The notes beneath the pieces are model-generated. The model did not search any database, was not told where the DNA came from, and was given only the letters and a program-made list of their open reading frames with translations. A stretch of DNA of 49,345 bases. Origin: Verrucomicrobiota bacterium. Lineage in GTDB: Bacteria; Verrucomicrobiota; Verrucomicrobiia; Limisphaerales; UBA9464. The stretch lies in the NCBI GenBank assembly GCA_025360495.1, contig JANYCC010000163.1, positions 1-49,345 on the forward strand, given 5' to 3'. Positions 29,098 to 38,085 of this stretch are shown piece by piece (positions within the stretch are counted from its first letter, which is position 1; the number at the start of each line of letters is the position of its first letter). A program made the position numbers and the translations under genes.

Positions 29098-30462
29098 ATG
29101 CTACTCAACGTCAACCGCCGGATCACGGTGTTCGCCCTGGCGCTGGCGGCCGCAGGGGCCACGCTGGTGTGGGCCGGGGGCATCGCCTGGCTCACTGCGC
29201 GCCAACTCGGCGGCCAGCTTTCCGAGGAACAGGTCCAAAGCTTCAAGATCGGTGACGAATTCAACGCCGATCTCCGACAGGTCCAAAGCCTCATGGTCCG
29301 CTGCGAAATCCAGCGCGACGCCGAGCCGGTCCGCCAGTTCGAGACCGCCCAACGCCGCCTCGATGAATGGCTCGCCGAACAGGAGAAACGCATCTCCCGC
29401 CCGCTCGAACGCCAGTTGCTCAATGAGATCGACGCGGTTTATGACCGCTATTCCAGCGAGGCCCACCGCCTGATCGACCAGATCGGCACCAACGCCTCGG
29501 CGACGGAAATCGCCCCTTACCGGCTCAAGGTGGACGAAAGCATGAAGGAACTGGGGGAACTCGACAGCCGTCTGCTGGCCGCCCACGAACAGGCCCTGGT
29601 CGATGCCGTGGATGCTTCGCGCGCCCGGATGCGCCTTCTCCAGTGGATCATTTTGGGATCCCTTTTCTCCATCATCACGCTGGTGACCTTTCTCGCCGTC
29701 CTCGTCTGGCGCGATCTCATCCAACCGCTCCGACTGCAATTGGTCGAATCCCAGGACCTGATCAGCCAACAGGAGAAACTCGCCTCCCTCGGGGTCCTGG
29801 CCGCGGGGGTCGCCCATGAGATCCGCAATCCCCTGACCGCCATCAAAGCCCGGCTGTACACCCAACAGAAGGCGCTCGCCTCCGGTTCCACAGCCGCCGA
29901 ACATTCGCTCATCATCAGCCGGGAGATCGACCGTCTGGAACAGATCGTCCGCGGTTTTCTCGACTTCGCACGCCCGGCCGAACCCAGTCCCGAACCGCTC
30001 GAAGCCCAGGCTTTTCTTCGCGAAGTCCGCGACCTGCTCGCCCCGGCGTGGGAGGTCGACGGCGTCCGGATCGAGGTGGAATCCGATGCACCCATCCCGT
30101 TCGACGGCGACCGCGCCCAACTCAAGCAGGTGCTCATCAACCTCGTCCGCAATGCCGTCGAGGCCGCCGGGCCCCGCACCATCGTCCGGCTCCGCGCCCG
30201 CACCGCGCAGGCCCGTCTCCGGGGCGTCCTTGTCCCGGTCGTCATCCTCGAGGTCATCGACCAGGGACCCGGCATCCCACCCGAGGCGCGGGACCGGTTG
30301 TTCGATCCCTTCTTCACCACCAAGGAGGATGGCACCGGGCTCGGACTCAGCATCGCCGCCCGCATCGTCGAGAAACACGGCGGGGCCCTCGAATACCAGA
30401 CCGACCCCGGGGTGGGCACCACGTTCGGGGTGGTGCTCCCCCATCTCGCCAAGCCGACCTGA
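29098..30462 (+). CDS. Membrane sensor histidine kinase (NtrB-like core)
   Basis: Two TMs flanking a helical periplasmic domain; AAGVAHEIRNPL, QVLINLVRNA, DQGPGI, FFTTK, GTGLGL. Confidence 0.95.
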   Translation: MLLNVNRRITVFALALAAAGATLVWAGGIAWLTARQLGGQLSEEQVQSFKIGDEFNADLRQVQSLMVRCEIQRDAEPVRQFETAQRRLDEWLAEQEKRISRPLERQLLNEIDAVYDRYSSEAHRLIDQIGTNASATEIAPYRLKVDESMKELGELDSRLLAAHEQALVDAVDASRARMRLLQWIILGSLFSIITLVTFLAVLVWRDLIQPLRLQLVESQDLISQQEKLASLGVLAAGVAHEIRNPLTAIKARLYTQQKALASGSTAAEHSLIISREIDRLEQIVRGFLDFARPAEPSPEPLEAQAFLREVRDLLAPAWEVDGVRIEVESDAPIPFDGDRAQLKQVLINLVRNAVEAAGPRTIVRLRARTAQARLRGVLVPVVILEVIDQGPGIPPEARDRLFDPFFTTKEDGTGLGLSIAARIVEKHGGALEYQTDPGVGTTFGVVLPHLAKPT

Positions 30463-30481
30463 TCCCGCCAACCTCCGTCCC

Positions 30482-31918
30482 ATGAACCGTCCGTCCCGGG
30501 TCCTGCTGATCGAAGACGATGCCAGTCTCGGGTCCGCCTTGGAGGCGGTGCTCGGCGCCGAGGGCTACCTGGTCACGGCCACCCGCCGGGGCGACGAAGG
30601 ATGCCAGCAGGCGCAGGCGACCCGTTTCGATGCCGTGTTGACCGACCTCCGCCTTCCGGGGATGGGAGGACTCGAGGTCGTGCGCCGCCTTCATGCCGCG
30701 TGGCCGACGCTCCCGATCATCCTGATGACCGCGCATGGGACCACCGACACCGCGATCGAAGCCATCAAGTTGGGGGCCTATGATTACCTGCTCAAACCGT
30801 TTGAAATGGATGAATTGCTGGTGCTGATCGAACGGGCGATCGACCAGGGCGAACATGCCGCCGACGCGTTGGTCTTGGGCGGGACCCCGACCACCCCGGG
30901 GGCCATCGTGGGCACCAGCCGCGCGATGCAGTCCATTTACAAGGAGATCGGCCGGATCGCCACCAAGCCGGTCAACGTGCTCATCCGCGGGGAGACCGGG
31001 ACGGGCAAGGAACTCATCGCGCGCGCCATCTTCCAACACGGGGACCGTTCGCGGGCGCCGTTTGTCGCGGTGAATTGCGCGGCGATCCCGGAGACTTTGC
31101 TGGAGAGTGAACTTTTCGGGCACGAACGCGGGGCCTTCACCGGTGCGGTGGAACGGAGGATCGGCCGGTTCGAACAGGCCGACACCGGCACGCTGTTCCT
31201 CGACGAGATTGGCGAGATGGGGGCGAGCACGCAGGCCAAGTTATTGCGGGTGCTCCAGGAACGCACCTTCCAGCGACTCGGCGGACGCGAGGCGATCGCC
31301 GTGGACGTGCGGGTGATCGCGGCCACGCAGGTGAACCTGGAGGAGGCGATCGTGGCCAAGACCTTTCGCGAGGACCTGTTTTACCGGCTCAACCAGTTCA
31401 CCATCTCCTTGCCGCCTTTGCGCGAGCGGGCGGAGGACATCCCGTCGCTGGCCACGCATTTTCTCCAAAAACACAGCCAATCACTGGGTATTGCGGCACC
31501 GTCGGTCGCGCCCGAGGCGTTCGAGGCCCTGCGCGGTTACTCCTGGCCGGGCAACATCCGGGAACTGGAGAACGTCGTCCGACAGGCCCTCCTGCAGGCG
31601 GGAAACCATGCGGTCACGGCGGGCCATTTCCGCCAGGTGTTGGCCGCCGCCCAACGCCCGGCCACGTCCACCACGGAGTCCTTCAGCCAGGTGGTCGCCG
31701 ATGTCCTCGCAGGTGCTCAACGGGGCGAGGTCGTGGATTCCTATGATGTGTTGGTGCGGCGTTTGGAACGGGAACTCTTCTCCCAAGCCATTCTCCTGGC
31801 GGGGGGCAACCAGGCCAAGGCGGCCCGTTGGCTGGGGATCTCGCGCGTCACCATGCGCGAAAAACTCCGCCAATACGGCCTTAAGGAATCACCGGACGCC
31901 CCCGAAATCCTCGGGTGA
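30482..31918 (+). CDS. Sigma54-dependent response regulator (NtrC family)
   Basis: REC (LIEDD, LTDL, LLKP), GETGTGKE, ESELFGHERGAFTGA, LFLDEIG, WPGNIREL, C-terminal HTH. Confidence 0.96.
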   Translation: MNRPSRVLLIEDDASLGSALEAVLGAEGYLVTATRRGDEGCQQAQATRFDAVLTDLRLPGMGGLEVVRRLHAAWPTLPIILMTAHGTTDTAIEAIKLGAYDYLLKPFEMDELLVLIERAIDQGEHAADALVLGGTPTTPGAIVGTSRAMQSIYKEIGRIATKPVNVLIRGETGTGKELIARAIFQHGDRSRAPFVAVNCAAIPETLLESELFGHERGAFTGAVERRIGRFEQADTGTLFLDEIGEMGASTQAKLLRVLQERTFQRLGGREAIAVDVRVIAATQVNLEEAIVAKTFREDLFYRLNQFTISLPPLRERAEDIPSLATHFLQKHSQSLGIAAPSVAPEAFEALRGYSWPGNIRELENVVRQALLQAGNHAVTAGHFRQVLAAAQRPATSTTESFSQVVADVLAGAQRGEVVDSYDVLVRRLERELFSQAILLAGGNQAKAARWLGISRVTMREKLRQYGLKESPDAPEILG

Positions 31919-32478
31919 GGATTCGAGTGGATGAAGCACCCATCGTTCACGTGAACCTCTTAGCCGAACTCAGCCAGGCGGCCGCGAAACGGGAACTTCG
32001 GTTCCTCGTCATCGGTGGTTTTGCCGTCGCGGCCCATGGGTACGGTCGCACCACCCGGGACGTGGACATCGTTGTCTGCCGCGAGGATCGCGCCGCATGG
32101 TTGACCCTGCTCAGCGGGCTCGGCTACGCGCCCTGGCACGATGGCGGATCCTTCCTCCAGTTTCACGGGCCGCCGGACTCGCTTCCCCTGGATGCGATGT
32201 TGGCGAATTCCGACACCTTTGCGAAACTGATGGCCGGCGCGCAATCCACGGTGCTCGAGGAAACCCAGGTGCTCGTGCCGGATCTGCCCAGTCTGTTGGC
32301 AATGAAACTTCATGCGTTGAAACATGGGGGCCTGAACCGTCAGTTCTCCGACCTCGACGACATCCTCCAGTTGCTTTCGGTCAACCGGATCAACCCGAGG
32401 GCACCCGAGATCCGCGCCCTCTTCGAGCGTTACGGCAGCCCGGAACACTATGAGCGAGTCCTCAAAGCCCTCGGCTGA
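31915..32478 (+). CDS. Pol-beta-superfamily nucleotidyltransferase (AbiEii/DUF6036-like)
   Basis: VIGGFAV...RTTRDVDI (GG...DxD), LLAMKL, DLDDI. Start is GTG 31915 (overlaps upstream stop) or GTG 31951. Confidence 0.8.
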   Translation: MRIRVDEAPIVHVNLLAELSQAAAKRELRFLVIGGFAVAAHGYGRTTRDVDIVVCREDRAAWLTLLSGLGYAPWHDGGSFLQFHGPPDSLPLDAMLANSDTFAKLMAGAQSTVLEETQVLVPDLPSLLAMKLHALKHGGLNRQFSDLDDILQLLSVNRINPRAPEIRALFERYGSPEHYERVLKALG

Positions 32479-32641
32479 TCAGTTCGTCCAACTGGGCCCG
32501 GTCCCCGACTTCGAACTTCCCGATTGGTCGGGCAAGGATCGCACCCCGCCGCCCATGACCCTCGATCAGTTGTATGCGATGAGCGTCGCCCGGCATCCCA
32601 AGCCCGAATGGAAGCCCCCGTTGCCGGAATTCATCCTTTGA
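32450..32641 (+). CDS. Small Pro-rich hypothetical protein overlapping the NTase
   Basis: 63 aa, 29-bp overlap with the NTase gene; no recognisable domain. Confidence 0.55.
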   Translation: MSESSKPSADQFVQLGPVPDFELPDWSGKDRTPPPMTLDQLYAMSVARHPKPEWKPPLPEFIL

Positions 32642-32660
32642 GCCTCGCACCCAATCCCAA

Positions 32661-32776
32661 GGGCGTATCTGGGCATCGTGGGAAGGCGGGTAGGAAAACC
32701 CGCCCCCCGGAGCTGTCGCGGCCCACCCGACCCCCTACTCCAAGCGCCCGGCTTCCCACCATGCCCAGATGCGCCC
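32661..32776. mobile_element. MITE-like element, 116 bp, 30-bp TIRs, 9-bp target-site duplication
   Basis: Left TIR gggcgtatctgggcatcgtgggaaggcggg (32661-32690) is 27/30 complementary to the right TIR (32747-32776); CAATCCCAA at 32652-32660 and 32777-32785. Confidence 0.85.
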
Positions 32777-32840
32777 CAATCCCAACCTCCCGAACCCGAC
32801 CTCTTGCTCCCGGGCGTTTTCTTGGTAGGATGACCGGACG

Positions 32841-34043
32841 ATGAGTTTCGTCGCGGAGTTCAACCGCCTGCCTTTGTCCGACCTGCTGCACCGGGCCCGC
32901 ACCGCCCCGGTGACGGAGGTCCGGCGCGTGGCGCAGGCGGGCGAACGCTCGCTCGCCGACTTCGCCACCCTGCTCTCCCCGGCCGGTGCGACCGAATTGG
33001 AATCCCTGTGCGGACGGGCGCAAACACTGACCCGCCAGCGGTTCGGCAAGGTCATCCGGCTCTTCGCCCCGTTGTACCTGAGCAACGAATGCATCAACAA
33101 CTGCGCCTACTGCGGGTTCTCGCGCGACAACCCCATCCTTCGCGTGACGCTGGGGACCGATGAGATGGTGCGCGAGGCGACCGCCCTGACCGACCAGGGC
33201 TTCCGCAACATCCTGCTCGTTGCCGGCGAACATCCGAAATTCGTCTCCAACGGCTACCTGGCCGAGTGCACCCGCGTCCTCCACGGGTTGGTGCCGTCGG
33301 TGTCGCTGGAGGTCGGCCCCATGGAAACCGCCGATTACGAACCGATCGTGCAGGCGGGGGCGGACGGCTTGGTGGTTTACCAGGAAACCTACGACCGGGA
33401 CCTGTACGCGCGCCTGCATACGGCGGGGCCGAAGCGGGATTTCGACTGGCGGATGGAATGCCCCGAACGGGCCTACGCCGCGGGTTTCCGGCGTCTCGGT
33501 CTCGGGGCCCTTTACGGTCTCGGTGATTGGCGTGCGGAGGCGATCTGTGTGGCGGCGCATGCGGCCTACCTGCTGCGCCATTGCTGGAAGGCGATGCTCA
33601 CGGTCTCCCTCCCCCGCATCCGTCCCTGTGCCGGCGAATTCCAACCGCTCAGCCATCTGGATGACCGGGACCTGGTGCGTTTGATCGCGGCCTTCCGGTT
33701 GTTTCTCCCCGATGTGGGACTCGTGCTTTCGACCCGCGAACCGGCCTGGCTGCGCGACGGATTGTTTCCGCTCGGCATCACCCACGCCAGCGCGGGCAGC
33801 CACACCGAACCCGGCGGCTACACCGGCGCGGGCCACGCGAAAATCCACCAGACCGTGCGCGGCCGCATCGTCGACGCCGGGGCCGGGGCCAGCATCGTCC
33901 CCACCGATTCCGGACGTTCGACCAATGCCACCGGGCAATTCGTGATCGCCGACGATCGCCCCCCGGCCGAGGTCGCCGCCTTGATCCGCCGACTGGGTTA
34001 CGAGCCGGTGTGGAAGGATTGGGATGCCGCCCTTTCCGCCTGA
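32841..34043 (+). CDS. thiH: 2-iminoacetate synthase
   Basis: FAPLYLSNECINNCAYCGFS, VYQETY, SLPRIRP, LSTRE, SAGSHTEPGGY, GYEPVWKDWD. Confidence 0.93.
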   Translation: MSFVAEFNRLPLSDLLHRARTAPVTEVRRVAQAGERSLADFATLLSPAGATELESLCGRAQTLTRQRFGKVIRLFAPLYLSNECINNCAYCGFSRDNPILRVTLGTDEMVREATALTDQGFRNILLVAGEHPKFVSNGYLAECTRVLHGLVPSVSLEVGPMETADYEPIVQAGADGLVVYQETYDRDLYARLHTAGPKRDFDWRMECPERAYAAGFRRLGLGALYGLGDWRAEAICVAAHAAYLLRHCWKAMLTVSLPRIRPCAGEFQPLSHLDDRDLVRLIAAFRLFLPDVGLVLSTREPAWLRDGLFPLGITHASAGSHTEPGGYTGAGHAKIHQTVRGRIVDAGAGASIVPTDSGRSTNATGQFVIADDRPPAEVAALIRRLGYEPVWKDWDAALSA

Positions 34044-34111
34044 TGCCCCCATTCGTCTTCGTCTTCAACCGGACCCCGATTCTGATCGACTGAGCCTGCC
34101 CCTTTTCGCCT

Positions 34112-36004
34112 GTGTTCACTCTCTCCAACCTCGCCAAGGGATTTGGCGGACGCACCCTGTTCTCCGACGTCAGCCTCACCATCAACCGGACCGACCGGCT
34201 GGGCCTGGTGGGACCCAACGGCGCCGGCAAATCGACCCTGTTCAAGCTCCTGCTCGGTGACGAGGAACCGGACGAGGGCATCGTCTCCCGCCAACGCGGC
34301 GCCACGGTCGGATTCTTGCCGCAGGAAAGCGCACCGGCCGGCGAGGAAACGGTCCTGGAGATCGCCACCAGTCAGATCCACGGGGATGATCATCATCATC
34401 CGGACGGGACCTCCATCGCCAAGGCCAAGCGCATCCTGAAGGGTCTGTCGTTCTTGGAGACCGACTTCGAACGCCCGCTCCGGGAGCTTTCCGGCGGCTG
34501 GGTGATGCGCACGCACCTGGCCCGGTTGCTGGTTGAGGAACCGGACCTGCTGATGCTCGATGAGCCGACCAACCACCTCGATCTGGAAACGCTGATCTGG
34601 TTCCAAGAATACCTTAAGAATTATCCGGGTGGCATCGTGGTGATTTCGCACGACCGGGAATTCCTCAACCAACTGGTGACCGGCATCCTGGAATTGCGCA
34701 GTGGCCGGCTGTGGCGTTACCAGGGCAACTTCGACAAGTTTTTGGAGGAACGGGCCGCGCAGGAGGAACAGCAACTCGCCGCGCACAAAAACCAGCAGCG
34801 CGAGATCACCCGCCTGATGGATTTCGTGAACCGCTTCCGGGCGAAGAACACGACCGCCACCCGCGCCCAGGCCAAGCTCAAGCAGATCGACCGCATGGAG
34901 ATCATTGACGCCCCGGAAGCCGCCGCGGCGACGGTCGGGTTCGATTTCCCGCAGCCCGAATCCAGCGGCCATCGGGTCGTCACGCTCCGCGATGTCCATT
35001 TCGCCTATGGCGAGAACCGCGTTTACACCGGCGCCGCCTTTGAGGCCGTGAAGGGGGAACGGATCGTGTTGGTCGGCCCGAACGGCGCGGGCAAATCCAC
35101 GCTGATCAAGCTGCTCGCCGGGGCGCTCATCCCCCAGTCGGGCGAACGCGATCTCGGGCTCCGGGTCAAGCCGGGCTATTATTCCCAGTATCGCACCGAG
35201 ATGTTGCAGGCCGGCCGCACCGTCCTGGCCGAAGCCCTCGACACCCCGGCCCGGGTCACGGAACTCTATGTCCGCACCCTGCTCGGCTGCTTCCTGTTCC
35301 GCGATGACGACGTCTTCAAGAAGGTGTCGATCCTCAGTGGCGGTGAAAAGAGCCGGCTCGCGTTGGTGAAGATCCTGTTGGATCCCCCCAATTTGCTGCT
35401 CATGGATGAGCCGACCACCCATCTGGACATGGCGAGCATCGACGCCTTGGTGGCCGCCCTTTCCGAATATACGGGCACCCTGGTGTTCATCAGCCACGAC
35501 GTCTATTTCATCCGCGCCCTCGCCAAGAAGGTCATCCATGTCCATAGCGGTCGACTGACCCCCTATTCGGGCGACTACGATTATTACCTGGAAAAGACCA
35601 AGGCCACCTCGGCGCGGGTCGCCTTGACGGCGGCGGTGGACGGCCGGGCGACCGGACGACTGGCCGACGCGCGGCCGACCAATGTCGCCGTGGAGTCGGA
35701 AGGTCCGGCCCGACTCTCCCAGAAGGAGCGCAAACAGCAGGCCGCCGAAGCCCGCCGCCAACTGGGTACGCAGGGCCGGCTCGTGTCGGGCCTCGAGGCC
35801 CGCATCGCTGCGGCGGAAAAGCGCCAGTCCATCCTGGCGACCGAACTCCAACTCCCGGCGACCTATGCCAAGACCGGGCGCATCCAGGAAATCAACCTGA
35901 CGATGCGGGCGAACGTGGGGGAGATCGAACGTCTGAACAAGGATTGGGAGGCAGCCGCCACGCGTCTCGCCGAACTCGAAGCCGCCGCGCTCGACACGGC
36001 CTGA
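34112..36004 (+). CDS. ABC-F family ATP-binding protein
   Basis: Two NBDs (GPNGAGKST, LSGG, DEPT.HLD, SHD), an inter-domain linker, a C-terminal coiled coil, no TM. Confidence 0.95.
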   Translation: MFTLSNLAKGFGGRTLFSDVSLTINRTDRLGLVGPNGAGKSTLFKLLLGDEEPDEGIVSRQRGATVGFLPQESAPAGEETVLEIATSQIHGDDHHHPDGTSIAKAKRILKGLSFLETDFERPLRELSGGWVMRTHLARLLVEEPDLLMLDEPTNHLDLETLIWFQEYLKNYPGGIVVISHDREFLNQLVTGILELRSGRLWRYQGNFDKFLEERAAQEEQQLAAHKNQQREITRLMDFVNRFRAKNTTATRAQAKLKQIDRMEIIDAPEAAAATVGFDFPQPESSGHRVVTLRDVHFAYGENRVYTGAAFEAVKGERIVLVGPNGAGKSTLIKLLAGALIPQSGERDLGLRVKPGYYSQYRTEMLQAGRTVLAEALDTPARVTELYVRTLLGCFLFRDDDVFKKVSILSGGEKSRLALVKILLDPPNLLLMDEPTTHLDMASIDALVAALSEYTGTLVFISHDVYFIRALAKKVIHVHSGRLTPYSGDYDYYLEKTKATSARVALTAAVDGRATGRLADARPTNVAVESEGPARLSQKERKQQAAEARRQLGTQGRLVSGLEARIAAAEKRQSILATELQLPATYAKTGRIQEINLTMRANVGEIERLNKDWEAAATRLAELEAAALDTA

Positions 36005-36023
36005 GCGGGCGCCTCTTGACGGC

Positions 36024-36740
36024 TCACGCTGGCGCCACGGTCTTCGGCGCGCGGCCCCAACGGCACAGGAACCAATGGGTGGGCACAAACGCGAGCGCCA
36101 GCAGGGCCCCCATCCAGGCACACAGGTAGGCGGCCGGGGGCATCCATGACTGCGGTTGTGCGTCGTCAAAGCCGAAGACGTAATTGATGTTGTTCGGCGC
36201 CATGTGGCCCGCATAGGCCGCACCGGCGGGGGGCAGGAACAGGAAACAGATCACGCACAGGGTCCAACCCAGGGCGGTCCAGGCCGGCAGCGCACGCCGG
36301 TCATAACCCAGGCGACGGACCAGATACAGCAGCAGAAACGGCAGCCATCCGTGAAAGAGTGACAACCCGCGCAGGAACAGCGGGCGTTGCGCGTCGAACA
36401 TATAGGCCGTCATCCCGGTGATCCGCCCCCCGAGGAGTTGGGCCACGAAATCCACGCACCACAGCATCTGTGGCAGCAGGATCCCGACGGCGGCCATCGA
36501 GACCAGCAACCGGTTCTCCCACCAGACGCCGGCCAGGGTCAGCAACAGGGCGATATCGCAGAAATAGAGGAAATTCGTCGGACCGTACTTCACCCAGTAA
36601 GCGGGGATCAACACCCCCAGGAAGGCGGTGTAGGCGAGCTTGAGCCCGAGGGGCACACGACGCACCGCTGCAGGGCCGGCGGCCGGGTCGAAGTCGGTGG
36701 CGGACATGCGTGGATCAGTCCGGACTACATTCATCTTCAT
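36024..36740 (-). CDS. Uncharacterised multi-pass membrane protein
   Basis: Several TM segments; YGPTNFLYFCD, LSLFHGWLP, NINYVFG. Alternative start at 36707. Confidence 0.8.
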   Translation of the reverse strand: MKMNVVRTDPRMSATDFDPAAGPAAVRRVPLGLKLAYTAFLGVLIPAYWVKYGPTNFLYFCDIALLLTLAGVWWENRLLVSMAAVGILLPQMLWCVDFVAQLLGGRITGMTAYMFDAQRPLFLRGLSLFHGWLPFLLLYLVRRLGYDRRALPAWTALGWTLCVICFLFLPPAGAAYAGHMAPNNINYVFGFDDAQPQSWMPPAAYLCAWMGALLALAFVPTHWFLCRWGRAPKTVAPA

Positions 36741-36840
36741 GGCGCCCGTTTCTTAGCAGCGGGCCGCGCGGGTCCATGAATCGGTAATCCGCAGGGGCCG
36801 ATTGATGCAGGTGATGGCCCGCATGGCGAGCCCGGCAAGT

Positions 36841-37040
36841 CCCGTAGCCGACGAGGTACGAGGCGGATCCCCGTAGCCGACGAGGCACGAGGCGGATCCC
36901 CGTAGCCGACGAGGTTCGAGGTGGACCCCCATGCCGGCCGGAATGATGGGTCCAGGTCCTTTTTTGTGATCTTTTGCGTTCTTTTGCGGCCACCCAGTCG
37001 GGGGCCTGCCGGGGTCCGCCTCGTACCTCGTCGGCCACGG
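36841..37040. repeat. GTAG-type REP-like cluster (3 forward, 1 inverted) with an embedded 10-mer array
   Basis: GTAGCCGACGAGG..CGAGGCGGA with GTAG at 36844, 36873 and 36902 (29-nt period); inverted copy at 37011-37040; ttttgtgatc ttttgcgttc ttttgcggcc at 36962-36991. Confidence 0.92.
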
Positions 37041-37097
37041 CCTGGCAACGGCTGCGTGACATTCACCCGGGATCCGTCAATCCTGTTCTTCTTCCAC

Positions 37098-38033
37098 ATG
37101 CGCGCCCTGGCCGTTCTTCTGCCGTGTCTCTGGTTGATCTTCCAAATCCAAGGCCCCGCCGCGGCAGCGTCACCACCCCACCCCGTCCGCGTGCTGGTGT
37201 GGGATGAGCAACAGCCCCAACAACGGATGGCCTATTCGAATTTCCTCGGCCAGGAAATCGCCGCCTTCCTCCGCACCCAACCCGGCCTCGAAGTCCACAC
37301 CGCCGCCCTGAACGACCCCGCCCAAGGCCTCGATCCGGCGGTGCTCGACCAGACCGACGTGCTCATCTGGTGGGGCCATGTGCGCAACAAGGAAATCACC
37401 CCGGACACCGGACGCGCCCTGGTCCGGCGCATCCAAGCCGGGCAACTGTCGCTCATCGCCCTGCACTCCGCTCACTGGTCGACCCCGTTCGTTGAGGCGA
37501 TGAATGAGCGGGCCCGGCAGGACGCCCGGTTCGCCCTGCCGGAATCCGACCGGGCGACCGCGCTGTTGGTGGAGACCAACCGGTATCCCAGCCGCTACAC
37601 CCCGCCGCGATCCGATGACCTCCGCACCCCGTGCACCTGGTATCGCAAGCCCGTGGAAGGCCCGGTTGAGATCACGTTGGCGTTGCCTAATTGTTGTTTC
37701 CCCGCCTACCGCCCCGACGCCATGCCCAGCCAGATGCGCGTCCTCCGCCCCGAACATCCCATCGCCCGCGGACTGCCGCCGACCTTCATCATTCCGCGCA
37801 CGGAAATGTATAATGAACCCTTCCATGTCCCGCCTCCGGACGAGGTCGTCTTCGAGGAGCGCTGGGCCACAGGCGAATGGTTCCGTAGCGGAAGTGTCTG
37901 GGCCCTGGGCCGGGGTCGGGTCTTCTATTTCCGACCGGGCCACGAGCTGTACCCGGTCTTCAAGGAGGCGACCTGCCTGAAGATCCTCGATAACGCCGTG
38001 CGCTGGCTTGCCGCCGAACAGTCCCGGCGCTGA
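37098..38033 (+). CDS. ThuA-domain (trehalose-utilisation-like) exported protein
   Basis: Signal peptide; VRVLVWDE, DVLIWWGH, LHSAHWS, EMYNEPF, GRVFYFRPGHE.YP. Confidence 0.85.
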   Translation: MRALAVLLPCLWLIFQIQGPAAAASPPHPVRVLVWDEQQPQQRMAYSNFLGQEIAAFLRTQPGLEVHTAALNDPAQGLDPAVLDQTDVLIWWGHVRNKEITPDTGRALVRRIQAGQLSLIALHSAHWSTPFVEAMNERARQDARFALPESDRATALLVETNRYPSRYTPPRSDDLRTPCTWYRKPVEGPVEITLALPNCCFPAYRPDAMPSQMRVLRPEHPIARGLPPTFIIPRTEMYNEPFHVPPPDEVVFEERWATGEWFRSGSVWALGRGRVFYFRPGHELYPVFKEATCLKILDNAVRWLAAEQSRR

Positions 38034-38085
38034 AAAGTCCCGGCGCTGAGTCAAGTCCGGGTCCGGGTCCAAGTCTGCACCCGGG

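Noticed and set aside
32642-32840. TPP riboswitch upstream of thiH
   Set aside because: No CTGAGA or other TPP core motif; the structure is explained by TIRs with a target duplication.
33830-33930. Insertion of about 30 aa near the ThiH C-terminus
   Set aside because: No repeat-derived DNA seen; likely an ordinary loop variation.
36841-36930. Possible CRISPR array (29-nt repeats)
   Set aside because: Units are head-to-tail with no spacers, an inverted partner exists, and there are no cas genes.
38020-38049. 14-bp direct repeat agtcccggcgctga at the end of the ThuA gene
   Set aside because: A local micro-duplication with nothing inserted between the copies; not an att site.
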